A stretch of 64,000 bases of DNA from the NCBI GenBank assembly GCA_043743335.1, contig JAYTWR010000074.1:3413-67412 (forward strand). Direction: 5' to 3'. The stretch's first letter is position 1. Every line of letters starts with the position of its first letter. The DNA is from Burkholderiales bacterium (GTDB lineage Bacteria > Pseudomonadota > Gammaproteobacteria > Burkholderiales > SG8-41). A program made the position numbers and the translations under genes. The notes beneath the pieces were generated by a model. It saw nothing but the letters and a program-made list of their open reading frames with translations, was not told where the DNA came from and made no database searches. Below are positions 1-9,427 of the stretch, piece after piece.

Positions 1-705
1 CACAAGCTCTCGGCGGGCATGGATTACCGCGCCTTTCACAACAACGTCACTATCGGCGGCGTGGGTTTGGTGCCTGATGTCACGATCCATCCAGCAAGCT
101 TGGGTTATACCGGCGTTTATCGCGGAGCTGCTTCTGAAGTCAACTTCAATTTGACTGTGTCGACGAACATTCCCGGTGGCAACGATGGCGGTGCCGCAGA
201 TTTTGCGCGTTCCCGAGCCAATGCTACGGATCGCTATGTCATTTACCGCACCGGCGTAGGCTTCCAAACTACGTTCGCGCAAGACTGGCAGGCACGTGCG
301 GCTGTCACGGGGCAATATACCCGTGATGCGCTGGTTTCCGGTGAGCAATTCGGTTTGGGCGGGCCCGATAGTCTGCGTGGTTTTCTGGTGCGTGAAATCA
401 GCAATGATCGTGGCGTGACCAGTCAATTGGAAATGTATACCCCCGAGTTGGCACCCAAAGTGGGATTGCCCGAAAAATTTCGTCTGCGCGTAGTAGGTTT
501 TTACGAATATGGGCAGGTGTGGCGCAACAAAGCGCTGCCGGGCGAAGTAGCCAACAAAGCTGCGTCGGATGCGGGCTTGGGTTTGCGGTTGAATTACGGC
601 AAGGCAGTGAGCGTGCGTTTTGATGTAGCCAATATTCTGAATCCCGCCGGAACGCGTCAGCGCGGTGAAAACCGCATCTCAGCGGGTATGGCTTTGGTGT
701 TTTAA
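1..705 (+). CDS. ShlB/FhaC/HecB-family (TpsB) outer-membrane transporter, C-terminal part (5' truncated by the window edge)
   Basis: Frame is open from base 1; contains the EQFGLGGPDSLRGF loop motif of Omp85/TpsB barrels, amphipathic beta-strands and a terminal Phe. Confidence 0.85.
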   Translation, partial: HKLSAGMDYRAFHNNVTIGGVGLVPDVTIHPASLGYTGVYRGAASEVNFNLTVSTNIPGGNDGGAADFARSRANATDRYVIYRTGVGFQTTFAQDWQARAAVTGQYTRDALVSGEQFGLGGPDSLRGFLVREISNDRGVTSQLEMYTPELAPKVGLPEKFRLRVVGFYEYGQVWRNKALPGEVANKAASDAGLGLRLNYGKAVSVRFDVANILNPAGTRQRGENRISAGMALVF

Positions 706-729
706 GGCGTCATCCCGTAGCGGACGTGG

Positions 730-738
730 TGATATAAT
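730..738 (+). promoter_or_regulatory. Extended -10 sigma70 promoter for tRNA-Pro
   Basis: TGaTATAAT (TATAAT at 733-738), ending 8 bp before the tRNA 5' end. Confidence 0.65.
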
Positions 739-746
739 TACCGCTT

Positions 747-824
<78 letters not shown>

Positions 825-835
825 TAAATAAAATC

Positions 836-867
836 AAAGGGTTAGAGCAATCTAACCCTTTTTGTTT
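836..867 (+). terminator. Intrinsic terminator after tRNA-Pro
   Basis: Perfect hairpin AAAGGGTTAGA-GCAA-TCTAACCCTTT followed by T-rich tail. Confidence 0.85.
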
Positions 868-892
868 GCAGTTCTCTTACCGCGGAGGTCAT

Positions 893-1993
893 GTGAGCAA
901 TAACAGACGACAATTCCTGCAGGGCATTGTGGCAGTAGCTGGCAATGCGTTGATGGTGGGTGCACAGTCGGCACTCGCACAATCCGCCAAGACACGCCGC
1001 GGCGATGGTGGGCCTGTCATCGACATACACGCGCACTGGCATGCGCCGGATTTTGTGAATTTGTTGGAGAAGGAGGCTGCCAATCACGGTGCCAAGGTTG
1101 GCCGTAACGACCGCGGCTTTCTCATGATGAATGTGCCGGGAATCGGCACAGTGTTTCAGCCCCAGTACAGCGACCTTACCACACGGCTCAAGGCCATGGA
1201 TGGCGCTGGCGTGGATGTGCATGCCTTGTCCCTCACCAGCCCGATGGTCAATTGGGCGCCAGCGGCTTTTGGCGTCAAGTTGGCGCAGGTTTACAACGAT
1301 TCGTTGGGCAAGGCCTGCCAGCAGTTCCCGAAGCGCTTCGTGGGCCTTGCTACGCTGCCGATGCAAGCGCCTGAACTGGCGGTGAAGGAGGTGGAGCGCG
1401 CCGCAAAAATCCAGGGTGTCAAGGGCGTGTATTTGGCGACACACATCAACGGCAAAAATCTCGATGAAAAAGAGTTTTGGCCCATCTACGCCAAGTGTGA
1501 GGAATACGGATTACACGTCTACCTGCACCCGGTGAATCCGCTGGGTGCAGAGCGCATGCGTAGCTACTATTTACGCAATTTTCTGGGTAATCCTTACGAT
1601 ACCGGCGTGGCGGCAGCGTCGTTGATGTTTGGTGGCGTGATGGATGCTTTTCCCCAGTTGGAAGTGATTCTCCCGCATGCTGGCGGCACCTACCCCGCGT
1701 TGATTGGCCGTATGGATCACGGCACTACAGTACGTCCCGAAACCAAACATATGAAAAAACCGCCGTCTGAATATTTGCGGCGCTTTCATTACGATACCAT
1801 CAGCCATCATGTGCCACTGATGAAGTATTTGGTGAATCTGGTTGGGGCAGACCGGGTAGTGTTAGGGAGCGATCATCCGGCCGATATGAGCTACGAAAAA
1901 CCGGTAGATTTTGTCGACAAGCTTACGGATTTCTCAATGAAGGATCGTGACTTGATTCTGGGCGGCAACGCGCAACGACTGCTGAAAATGTAG
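893..1993 (+). CDS. Amidohydrolase-2 family (ACMSD/LigW-like) metal-dependent decarboxylase/hydrolase with Tat signal
   Basis: GTG start after GGAGG; NRRQFL twin-arginine leader; IDIHAH, YLHP, HAGG and LGSDHP motifs. Confidence 0.85.
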   Translation: MSNNRRQFLQGIVAVAGNALMVGAQSALAQSAKTRRGDGGPVIDIHAHWHAPDFVNLLEKEAANHGAKVGRNDRGFLMMNVPGIGTVFQPQYSDLTTRLKAMDGAGVDVHALSLTSPMVNWAPAAFGVKLAQVYNDSLGKACQQFPKRFVGLATLPMQAPELAVKEVERAAKIQGVKGVYLATHINGKNLDEKEFWPIYAKCEEYGLHVYLHPVNPLGAERMRSYYLRNFLGNPYDTGVAAASLMFGGVMDAFPQLEVILPHAGGTYPALIGRMDHGTTVRPETKHMKKPPSEYLRRFHYDTISHHVPLMKYLVNLVGADRVVLGSDHPADMSYEKPVDFVDKLTDFSMKDRDLILGGNAQRLLKM

Positions 1994-2006
1994 TAGCCTT
2001 GATTCA

Positions 2007-3092
2007 ATGACCGCCACCGATCAACACCGCCGCAGTAGCAAACGTTTTCAGGTTCGCTGGAGGTCCGGCGTGGTATTCGACCGTGCGAGCGGGCGCCCGG
2101 TTTTTCATACGCAAACTCAGGATTTGTCTTCTGGCGGCGCAGCCATTACGACCGAATATGCTGACTTGACGGGCACGGAAATCACGCTACTGCTTGCGCA
2201 GCCGCAACGCAACAGCGATACGGCGCCGAAGATGGTGAAGGTGCGGGCACGCGTCGTTTCGAGCGTGCAAGTCGACGGCAAGAATGCCTATCGCCACGGT
2301 TTGAGTTTTATACCATCGTCCGACGATGGGCTCGCGGTACTGGCCAAATTGCTCGAAGAAATGTCGGCAGAACCGGTGCGCGCTGCGTCTGCTGCGAACG
2401 CCCCGCCAACGCCGCCACCGGATCCGGAGACCTTTACTACGCGCCTGTCACGGCTCAAGGTGATGGCCTACGAAAAGCGTGCAACGGAAGCCGCACCACA
2501 GGCGCAAGACATGCTCCAACAGCGCGTGAATGACGCCCTGCAGCGCAGCCTCGCCTATTTTAAGGACTTGGCAGATCAACTGAACGTCGCCAAGCCCGCT
2601 CACGGTAGCCGGGGATATGTCATTGCCGGTGTTCCCGAATTCGCCGGTCTCGGGTGGGCGGATGGCTACGTGCATGCCAACACGCGGGAAATCTCCAAAG
2701 GGGTAAAGCGCTACGAGCAAGTTGGGTTGTATTACAAATTGATGGGCAACAAACCGGTAAAGGTTGTGCGCGAGTTTCCCACGAGCGAAAAACTCAAGCA
2801 GACGCTGGTAGAGTTCAAGATCGAATTTGACAAAGACGAAAAACGCAACGACCGCGGCTCGGTTGTGCAGACTACGTTTTTGTTCCCCTGCGAAGTGAAA
2901 GCAAGCCTCGTGCTCAGTGGCAATTTTGATACTGGCAAGCTTTTGCTCAGCATGCGTAATGTCGAGCACTTCGGCAGCATGGATTATGTGATTGCGCCGG
3001 AGGCTATCGACGACGCGTCGCTCGATGAACTGGCCGGGTTTATTCTTGGCGAATCCAATCGCATCGGGCCGTTGCTGTTGAAGGGCGCTTGA
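2007..3092 (+). CDS. PilZ-domain protein with uncharacterised C-terminal domain
   Basis: RRSSKR (RxxxR) and DLSSGG (DxSxxG) PilZ motifs at the N-terminus; Pro-rich linker. Confidence 0.75.
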   Translation: MTATDQHRRSSKRFQVRWRSGVVFDRASGRPVFHTQTQDLSSGGAAITTEYADLTGTEITLLLAQPQRNSDTAPKMVKVRARVVSSVQVDGKNAYRHGLSFIPSSDDGLAVLAKLLEEMSAEPVRAASAANAPPTPPPDPETFTTRLSRLKVMAYEKRATEAAPQAQDMLQQRVNDALQRSLAYFKDLADQLNVAKPAHGSRGYVIAGVPEFAGLGWADGYVHANTREISKGVKRYEQVGLYYKLMGNKPVKVVREFPTSEKLKQTLVEFKIEFDKDEKRNDRGSVVQTTFLFPCEVKASLVLSGNFDTGKLLLSMRNVEHFGSMDYVIAPEAIDDASLDELAGFILGESNRIGPLLLKGA

Positions 3093-3203
3093 CCAGGACG
3101 CATACAGTGATGGCGACGCCCGCTTATTGACCGGTTTGCCCCGTGCAAGCGGCATTGCTTGGGGTAGGTGGCGTATTCATATTGACACGCAAGGAGCAAA
3201 ATC

Positions 3204-3986
3204 ATGGATTTGGGCATCACAAACAAAAAAGCTATCGTCTGCGCTGCGAGTAAAGGGCTGGGTAAAGCTTGCGCGATGGCGTTGGCGAAGAATGGCGTGG
3301 ACTTGGTGATTAATTCTCGTACTGCCAGCGAACTTGAAGCCACTGCAGCGGACATTCGTGCGGTGACCGGGCGTACAGTCACAGCGGTTGCTGCGGATAT
3401 CACCACGGCGGAAGGCCGCGCGAAGGTGCTGGCGGCATGCCCGTCGCCGGACATCCTAGTGAACAACGCGGGCGGGCCGCCACGCGGAGATTTCCGCGAA
3501 TGGAATGAAGCGGATTGGCAAAAGGCCGTTAACGGCAACATGATCACGCCGATTATGTTAATCAAAGCGGTGGTTGACGGCATGATCTCGCGTAAATTCG
3601 GCCGTATCGTCAATATCACCTCCGGTTCGGTGAAGTCTCCGATTCCAGAATTGGGCATGTCCAATGGTGCACGTGCAGGGCTGACAGGGTTTGTCGGCGG
3701 TCTGGCGCGGCAGGTGGCGCGGCATAACGTCACTATCAATGGGTTACTGCCTGGGCCTTTTCTCACGGATCGGCTGCGTTCAGGCCGCATGGAGGCAGCG
3801 CGCAAAGCCGGCATGCCAGTGGATGAGTTTCTCGCGCAGCAGTTTAAAAATTCACCGGCGGGCCGCCCCGGCGACCCTTTCGAGTTTGGCGAGGCCTGTG
3901 CATTTTTGTGTGCGTCGTCGTCGGGCTTCATTGTTGGGCAAAATCTGCTCCTAGATGGCGGCGCGTTTAACTCGACGATGGGTTAG
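3204..3986 (+). CDS. Short-chain dehydrogenase/reductase (FabG-like)
   Basis: AASKGLG, LVNNAGGP and DGG motifs; AGGAG RBS. Confidence 0.9.
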   Translation: MDLGITNKKAIVCAASKGLGKACAMALAKNGVDLVINSRTASELEATAADIRAVTGRTVTAVAADITTAEGRAKVLAACPSPDILVNNAGGPPRGDFREWNEADWQKAVNGNMITPIMLIKAVVDGMISRKFGRIVNITSGSVKSPIPELGMSNGARAGLTGFVGGLARQVARHNVTINGLLPGPFLTDRLRSGRMEAARKAGMPVDEFLAQQFKNSPAGRPGDPFEFGEACAFLCASSSGFIVGQNLLLDGGAFNSTMG

Positions 3987-4013
3987 CGCGCCAACCGCGA
4001 TCCGTATGCGTTT

Positions 4014-4118
4014 TCAATCGGTGCGGATGCCGCCTTTGCGTATGACCTTGGCCCAATTCGTTGTTTCGCTGGCAAGGTAGGCGGAGAATTCTTCCGGCGT
4101 GTTGGCAATGATCTCAGA
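4014..4118 (-). pseudogene. Relic 3' end of a Bug/TctC solute-binding protein gene
   Basis: Minus strand translates SEIIANTPEEFSAYLASETTNWAKVIRKGGIRTD*, matching the C-termini of intact Bug proteins in this window; no upstream part. Confidence 0.75.
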
Positions 4119-4244
4119 TCGGCGTGCTACTGCCCATGAAGAGGGCGGCATGACCAGTTGCTACAGTCAGCGTCAGCGGATTAGCGTAACTATTTGATTT
4201 TATTGATTTTTATTCGAATGCCTACAATCGGCAGTGCTGACGAC

Positions 4245-5171
4245 CTAGGCGCGCGGCAAATTGTACATCGCCGCGACTTCTGCGCGATTGGTGACCTTGA
4301 GCTTTTTGAAGATGCGCTGCGCGTGGTTCTTCACCGTGAAGGCGCTGATGTTGAGATGCTCTGCTATTTCGGAATTGCTCTTGCCTTGCGTCAACCACGC
4401 CAGCACCTCGAGCTCCCGCGTGCTCAGGTTATTGGGGATTTTCAGATCGGGGTCGTTGGCAGCAATTTTGGCGATTTTGAGTGCAGCGACCTTGCGAAAT
4501 GCCATGTCGACTTGAGCGACTACGGAATTAATCAGAAATGAGTGATATTCGCTTTCATGCTCGGACAGGGCCATAGATGAATTGAACGCGACATAGAGCG
4601 TTTCCTGATCATCACGTTCATTGCGCATACCAAATATCTGCACGCAGCGCATGTCCTGCATCGCAGTGTGAATCGCATAGTCGCACGGTGTTAGTTTCGC
4701 GAGATCGTCAGAGAGACCGTTCAACCGCAGGGGTTGTCTGCCATTGGCGGTGTATCGGTTGAAATACTCCTTCAGTAGCGGCTCTAGCCCGCATTTTGCG
4801 AGGAGCTCCGTACGCACGCCTGGCAAGGCAGAAACTACATCAAGCGTCAGATTTTTTTCGCGGAAATCGCCCCAAGCCGATATCAGAATTTGGTGAGGAA
4901 TAAAGTATTGGACTTTGTCCTGCAGCAGCCGATACAAGTCGTAGTGAGAATCGACATTGGATGCACTTTGGACAATTTGCATGAACCGTTCGCTTTCGCT
5001 TTCGGTTTGCTTGCTGGTTAGCTTTGGTGCGGTCGCCATGTCGCGGTGGGCAACCAGTGGCAGGACGTTGTGGGACGGCCGATTGGTGGCCCGGGCGTCG
5101 TTGCTATCGAGCATGCGCACATGAGCGCGGGCCTTGGCTGAGGAGCTTGTCGTCATTGTTATATGTGCCAT
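4245..5171 (-). CDS. epsA: LuxR-family transcriptional regulator EpsA (XrtB/PEP-CTERM-associated)
   Basis: C-terminal LuxR HTH (LSTRELEVLAWLTQGKSNSEIA..TVKNH); IPHQILISAWGDF N-domain; divergent from the eps operon. Confidence 0.85.
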   Translation of the reverse strand: MAHITMTTSSSAKARAHVRMLDSNDARATNRPSHNVLPLVAHRDMATAPKLTSKQTESESERFMQIVQSASNVDSHYDLYRLLQDKVQYFIPHQILISAWGDFREKNLTLDVVSALPGVRTELLAKCGLEPLLKEYFNRYTANGRQPLRLNGLSDDLAKLTPCDYAIHTAMQDMRCVQIFGMRNERDDQETLYVAFNSSMALSEHESEYHSFLINSVVAQVDMAFRKVAALKIAKIAANDPDLKIPNNLSTRELEVLAWLTQGKSNSEIAEHLNISAFTVKNHAQRIFKKLKVTNRAEVAAMYNLPRA

Positions 5172-5309
5172 TTTTTTTCCTAGTGCGAACCGGTAAACAG
5201 TTTGACTGGGGACTTATTCGCCAACGGCCTGCTATTTCCTCATGCGTTTCATTCTGCAACTGAATAATGCCAAACCTGTATTGCGCGTGTTGATCTTTCG
5301 GAGGCCGAA

Positions 5310-5349
5310 TGTGACATTTATCACGCTAATACTTGTGACTTTGTTCACA
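5310..5349. promoter_or_regulatory. Two tandem CRP/FNR-family (CRP-type) boxes
   Basis: TGTGA-catTta-TCACG (5310-5325) and a perfect TGTGA-ctttgt-TCACA (5334-5349). Confidence 0.6.
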
Positions 5350-5987
5350 ATTTCCGCAAACGGTCAGCAGAAGCAGCTTAGTCCCAAATTGTTGCGGTAT
5401 CGGGACGGCCATTTGGGCTGCCGCGGGCTGGATATGAATTCGTCGGTTTCGCGAGACGATTCTCGTGCAATCAACGCGTGCGTACGATGGTGTCGTGTGG
5501 TAAGCACGCAACGAATTGTGTAGCGGGGCGCGCACGGCGCGATATTTATGACAAAATTCGCCCATCGGGGAACGCCTTCGGTCGCAGACGACAGCTTTTT
5601 GCGTGCAGGCGGATTAAGTGGATTAATTGGCGTAATTATTGACTTTATTTTCGGATTTCTCCAATCGCATGTGCGACAGTTTTTCCGCTGCGCCGGAAAT
5701 CCAATTTGTCATTGAAAACCATGATAATTTGCGCAGCCAGCGGTGCTCTTTGACGTAGGTGAAACATATTTTTTCCTGTAGAATAAAGGACATAGGCTGT
5801 TTAATTAAACAAAATTCTTTGTGTGAGACACCTTTACGGTTCGCAGTCGGAGCTTCGAAGATGAAAGGGAAAGCGTTGGCTTAAAGGCCACCTAACTAGG
5901 GTAATTAATTTGGTCGAGTTTCGTATGAAAACTAGCGCAGTTGGTCGCCATGCCTGATTTTTCTGAATGGGTATTGTCGGTAACAAA

Positions 5988-6686
5988 ATGAGCATCGCGC
6001 CGAATCCTGCAGCTTTGATCACGCCGGCTGTGGCTCGAATTATTCCTTTTGCATTATTTATCGGGTTCATCGCCTTGCAATCGTTGGGGGATGCGCGCTT
6101 GCTGGCGTTTGGCGTGAACCCGCACTGGCTTTATCCCGCGAGAACGGTAGTGGTCGGCATTGCTTTGTTGGCACTTTGGCACCATTACAGCGAGTTACAT
6201 GATTTTTCAGGGATTTCTGTCAAATGGCTCGTTACGGCTATTGCGGCCGGACTGCTGGTATTTGCTTTATGGATCAACCTAGAGTTTGACTGGGCGACGG
6301 TCGGTAAAGCTTCTGCGGGATTCGACCCGACACAGCCAAATGGCGCTATCAACTGGGTGCTGGTGGCGTTTCGCTTGGCGGGATTGGCGCTGGTGGTGCC
6401 TGTAATGGAGGAGCTGTTTTGGCGTTCTTTCCTGTTGCGGTGGATCGATCAGCAGGATTTTCTGAATCATGCGCCCGGCAAGGTTACCGTTCGTGCCATA
6501 CTTATCTCGTCGCTGTTGTTCGCATCGGAGCATAGTTTGTGGTTTGCGGGTTTGCTGGCGGGATTGGTTTACGCTTGGGTGTACCTGCGTGGCGCAAACC
6601 TGTGGCTACCGACCATCAGTCACGCTGTTACCAATGGCGTGTTGGGCTGCTGGATACTCATGACTGGCCATTGGCGGTTCTGGTGA
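5988..6686 (+). CDS. CAAX prenyl protease-related (CPBP/Abi) intramembrane protease, PEP-CTERM system associated
   Basis: VPVMEELFWR, FASEH and HAVTN CPBP motifs; multiple TM segments; alternative start at 5967. Confidence 0.88.
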   Translation: MSIAPNPAALITPAVARIIPFALFIGFIALQSLGDARLLAFGVNPHWLYPARTVVVGIALLALWHHYSELHDFSGISVKWLVTAIAAGLLVFALWINLEFDWATVGKASAGFDPTQPNGAINWVLVAFRLAGLALVVPVMEELFWRSFLLRWIDQQDFLNHAPGKVTVRAILISSLLFASEHSLWFAGLLAGLVYAWVYLRGANLWLPTISHAVTNGVLGCWILMTGHWRFW

Positions 6687-7924
6687 ACCCGTCTTTTCGA
6701 TGGCTATTGCGTAGCGGCTTACGGTGCTGCCTGCTGCTTGCCGTGCTCGCGCTGCACATGGGGCAAAGCGCTCTGGCGGATGAATTCGATACCGTGAACT
6801 TTAAGCTAGGAACCAACGTCCTATACAACTCAAATGTATTTCGGACACCGGATACATCCGCCCCGCTCCTAGGATTTTCTACGAAGGCAGACAGGATTAC
6901 CAGCAGCAACGCTGACGTGACGATTGCCAAAATGTACTCGCAGCAACGCTTTCAGCTCGACAGCACCTATACGATGCGGCAGTACGATACGCATTCACGG
7001 TTCGACGCCAACACGTTGAATTATCACGGTGCCTGGCTATGGGCGCTGACGCCTCACCTGACGGGCACTTTTAACGTTACGCAAAATCAGGCTGAAGTCC
7101 CTTTCACGGATACTACCGGCGAGAGTCAGCGTAACACGCGTACGACGACCAGCCGAAATGTGAGCATTGATGGCTGGATATCGGGAAAGTGGCACTTGGT
7201 TGCCGGCTTTGGGCAAACGGAACTAAAAACCGAGCAGGCGGTATTGTCGACGCCGGGCACCAAAAGCCAGTATTCCGAGGCCGGGATCCGTTATGTTGCT
7301 ACCTCCCAGAACTCTATTACATTCAAGCATCGCGTGTTGCCGGTCGACTTGACCAATTTCACGCTTAACCCAATTTCATTGACTGAGACTAATTACAAGG
7401 ACATTGAAACGGAGATCAAAGTCACTTGGAAGTTGAGCGGTCAATCTTCAATTGACGGCACGTTGGCGCGCAAGAATCGCCGCAACGAACATTTTTCGCA
7501 ACGTGACTTCTCAGGCACAGCCGGTGATTTGAATTACACGTGGAAGCCCACAGGGAAATGGCAGTTTTCTCTGAGCGCAAGTCGGAATGTTTCTGCGTTT
7601 AGTGCCGTAGGCAATATCGCGCAAAATGCGGCTTACCGGCTGGATCAAAGGCTGACGGTGGGCGCAGGTTGGTCGCCCAGTGCCCGAACGTCCGTGAATT
7701 TGAACTTGTCGCGCCTGCAAAGCGATTTTCTGGGGCCGGTTTTTGCGGTTACGGGCCCTGCCCGAAGCGACGAGTTGAATAGCGCGCAATTGGGCATGAG
7801 CTGGAGCGTGAGACGCTATATATCTCTTTCAGCCAGTTTGGGACGGGATTTCAGAACGAGTAATACCCCTGGATTTCAATTTAGCAATAATTCTGCAAGC
7901 GTTGGCGCAGAATTGAAATTTTAG
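6683..7924 (+). CDS. epsL: Outer-membrane beta-barrel exopolysaccharide protein EpsL
   Basis: GTG overlapping the upstream stop (GTGA); signal peptide; YNSNVFR motif; beta-strand periodicity; terminal F; position in the eps operon. Confidence 0.75.
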   Translation: MNPSFRWLLRSGLRCCLLLAVLALHMGQSALADEFDTVNFKLGTNVLYNSNVFRTPDTSAPLLGFSTKADRITSSNADVTIAKMYSQQRFQLDSTYTMRQYDTHSRFDANTLNYHGAWLWALTPHLTGTFNVTQNQAEVPFTDTTGESQRNTRTTTSRNVSIDGWISGKWHLVAGFGQTELKTEQAVLSTPGTKSQYSEAGIRYVATSQNSITFKHRVLPVDLTNFTLNPISLTETNYKDIETEIKVTWKLSGQSSIDGTLARKNRRNEHFSQRDFSGTAGDLNYTWKPTGKWQFSLSASRNVSAFSAVGNIAQNAAYRLDQRLTVGAGWSPSARTSVNLNLSRLQSDFLGPVFAVTGPARSDELNSAQLGMSWSVRRYISLSASLGRDFRTSNTPGFQFSNNSASVGAELKF

Positions 7925-8135
7925 TCCTTGCGTCGATAGCTACTGCACTAGATCGCAGTTTTGTAACGCAAAGTGTGTATTTGTGCCGTTGACGCTGAGT
8001 AAGCAGGTGATTATTTTATCGAGGGTTGCAGCCCAAGCGCTGTGATGATGGTTTTGTGAAGCAGTTGAAATGAGTTAAACTAGGGGTCAATTTTGCATTC
8101 CGTATCTGCTTGATACTATTAAACTTTTAGGTGTA

Positions 8136-9314
8136 ATGACGATCATGACTCAGCTACTCGGCTTTCGCGCGTTTACCCTTGCGATGGTATTGACTTCAAT
8201 CGTCGTTGCGGGGTGCAACAAAAGCGACAATAAGGGTGAAGCTAAGACGGATGCTAAAAAGGCGGCCACGCAAGTGGCTGCTAAGGTGAATTCCGCCGAA
8301 ATAACGGTTTCCCAAATCAATGCCGTGCTCGCACGCAATCCGAATATGTCGCCAGAGGCCGTGGAGCGCGCCAAACGGGATATATTGGAAAAGTTGATTG
8401 ATGCAGAGGTTGCTAAGGCGGCGGCCATTGACAAAAAACTCGATCGCACGCCCAAAGTGGTTCAAGCGTTGGAGTCGTCTAAAACGGATATCTTGGCACG
8501 GGCCTATGTAGAGCAGATCGCCACGTCACTACCGCCGGTCACTGCGGAAGAGGCGAAAAAATACTATCTTGAGCATCCTGAGCTGTTTAGCGAGCGCCGA
8601 GTTTACAGTATAGAGGAAGTATCGATGCCGTTAAAAGAAGGGCTTGCAGCCACGCTGCGCGAGCAAGTGGCTAAATCGCGTAGCTTGCAGGACGTGGCCA
8701 ATTGGCTCAAGGCACAAAGCATGCCCTTTACGCCGAATAGTGGCGTCCGCGCGGCTGAGCAGTTGCCGCTGGATCTCTTGCCGCAAATGCAAACGATGAA
8801 AGATGGTGAAATGCGAGTGTTTGAAGTAGCCAATGCCGTACAGATTGTGCGTGTGGCGGCGAGTAAATCTGCGCCGGTGGACGTTGAGCGTGCGACCCCG
8901 CGTATTCAGCAGTTCTTGTTTAATCAGCGCTCCACTGAAGCCATAACTAAAGATGTTAAGTTATTGAAAGAGAAGGCTAAAGTTGAATATGTGGGTGAGT
9001 TTGCAGTCGGTGCTGCTGAGGCGGCTGCCAAGGCTAAAGCCGCGGCTGAGGCAAAGGCTAAGGCTTTTGCTGACGTGAAAGCCAAATCCGACGAAGAAAC
9101 CAAGACCAAAGAAGATGAATTGGCTAAAGCACGGCGGTCAGCGGAGACCCGTGATAAAGCCGACGCTGAAGCTCGCTCCAAGGACGAAGACGCCATTCGC
9201 GTGCGTCGTGCGGCAGAAGCCAAAGAACGCGAAGCCGCTGAATCGAAACCTGGCCAAGGGACAAAGGCCTTGTCGCCTGAAATTGAAAAGGGCCTGCGCG
9301 GGGTGATTAAGTAG
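8136..9314 (+). CDS. epsD: EpsD-family peptidyl-prolyl isomerase lipoprotein with charged Ala-rich C-terminal extension
   Basis: Lipobox VAGC; ATQVAAKVN..EITV, HPELFSERR and AAEQLP motifs; terminal IEKGLRG. Confidence 0.85.
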   Translation: MTIMTQLLGFRAFTLAMVLTSIVVAGCNKSDNKGEAKTDAKKAATQVAAKVNSAEITVSQINAVLARNPNMSPEAVERAKRDILEKLIDAEVAKAAAIDKKLDRTPKVVQALESSKTDILARAYVEQIATSLPPVTAEEAKKYYLEHPELFSERRVYSIEEVSMPLKEGLAATLREQVAKSRSLQDVANWLKAQSMPFTPNSGVRAAEQLPLDLLPQMQTMKDGEMRVFEVANAVQIVRVAASKSAPVDVERATPRIQQFLFNQRSTEAITKDVKLLKEKAKVEYVGEFAVGAAEAAAKAKAAAEAKAKAFADVKAKSDEETKTKEDELAKARRSAETRDKADAEARSKDEDAIRVRRAAEAKEREAAESKPGQGTKALSPEIEKGLRGVIK

Positions 9315-9427
9315 TCAACGTGGCGATTGCAATTGATCTGAATATGGCTTGGGTAATTTGTAAATCTGAATTCACCGGTACGTGCTGCTGCGTAACGGTG
9401 GGTTTTCATCAAAAATAGGAAATTGCA

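Noticed and set aside
5242-5565. Short ORFs in the epsA-eps intergenic region (possible PEP-CTERM peptides)
   Set aside because: No signal peptide, RBS or PEP-TM-basic tail; the region looks regulatory
6539-6682. Long N-terminal extension of EpsL
   Set aside because: Overlaps the CAAX protease gene; the GTGA-coupled start at 6683 is more plausible
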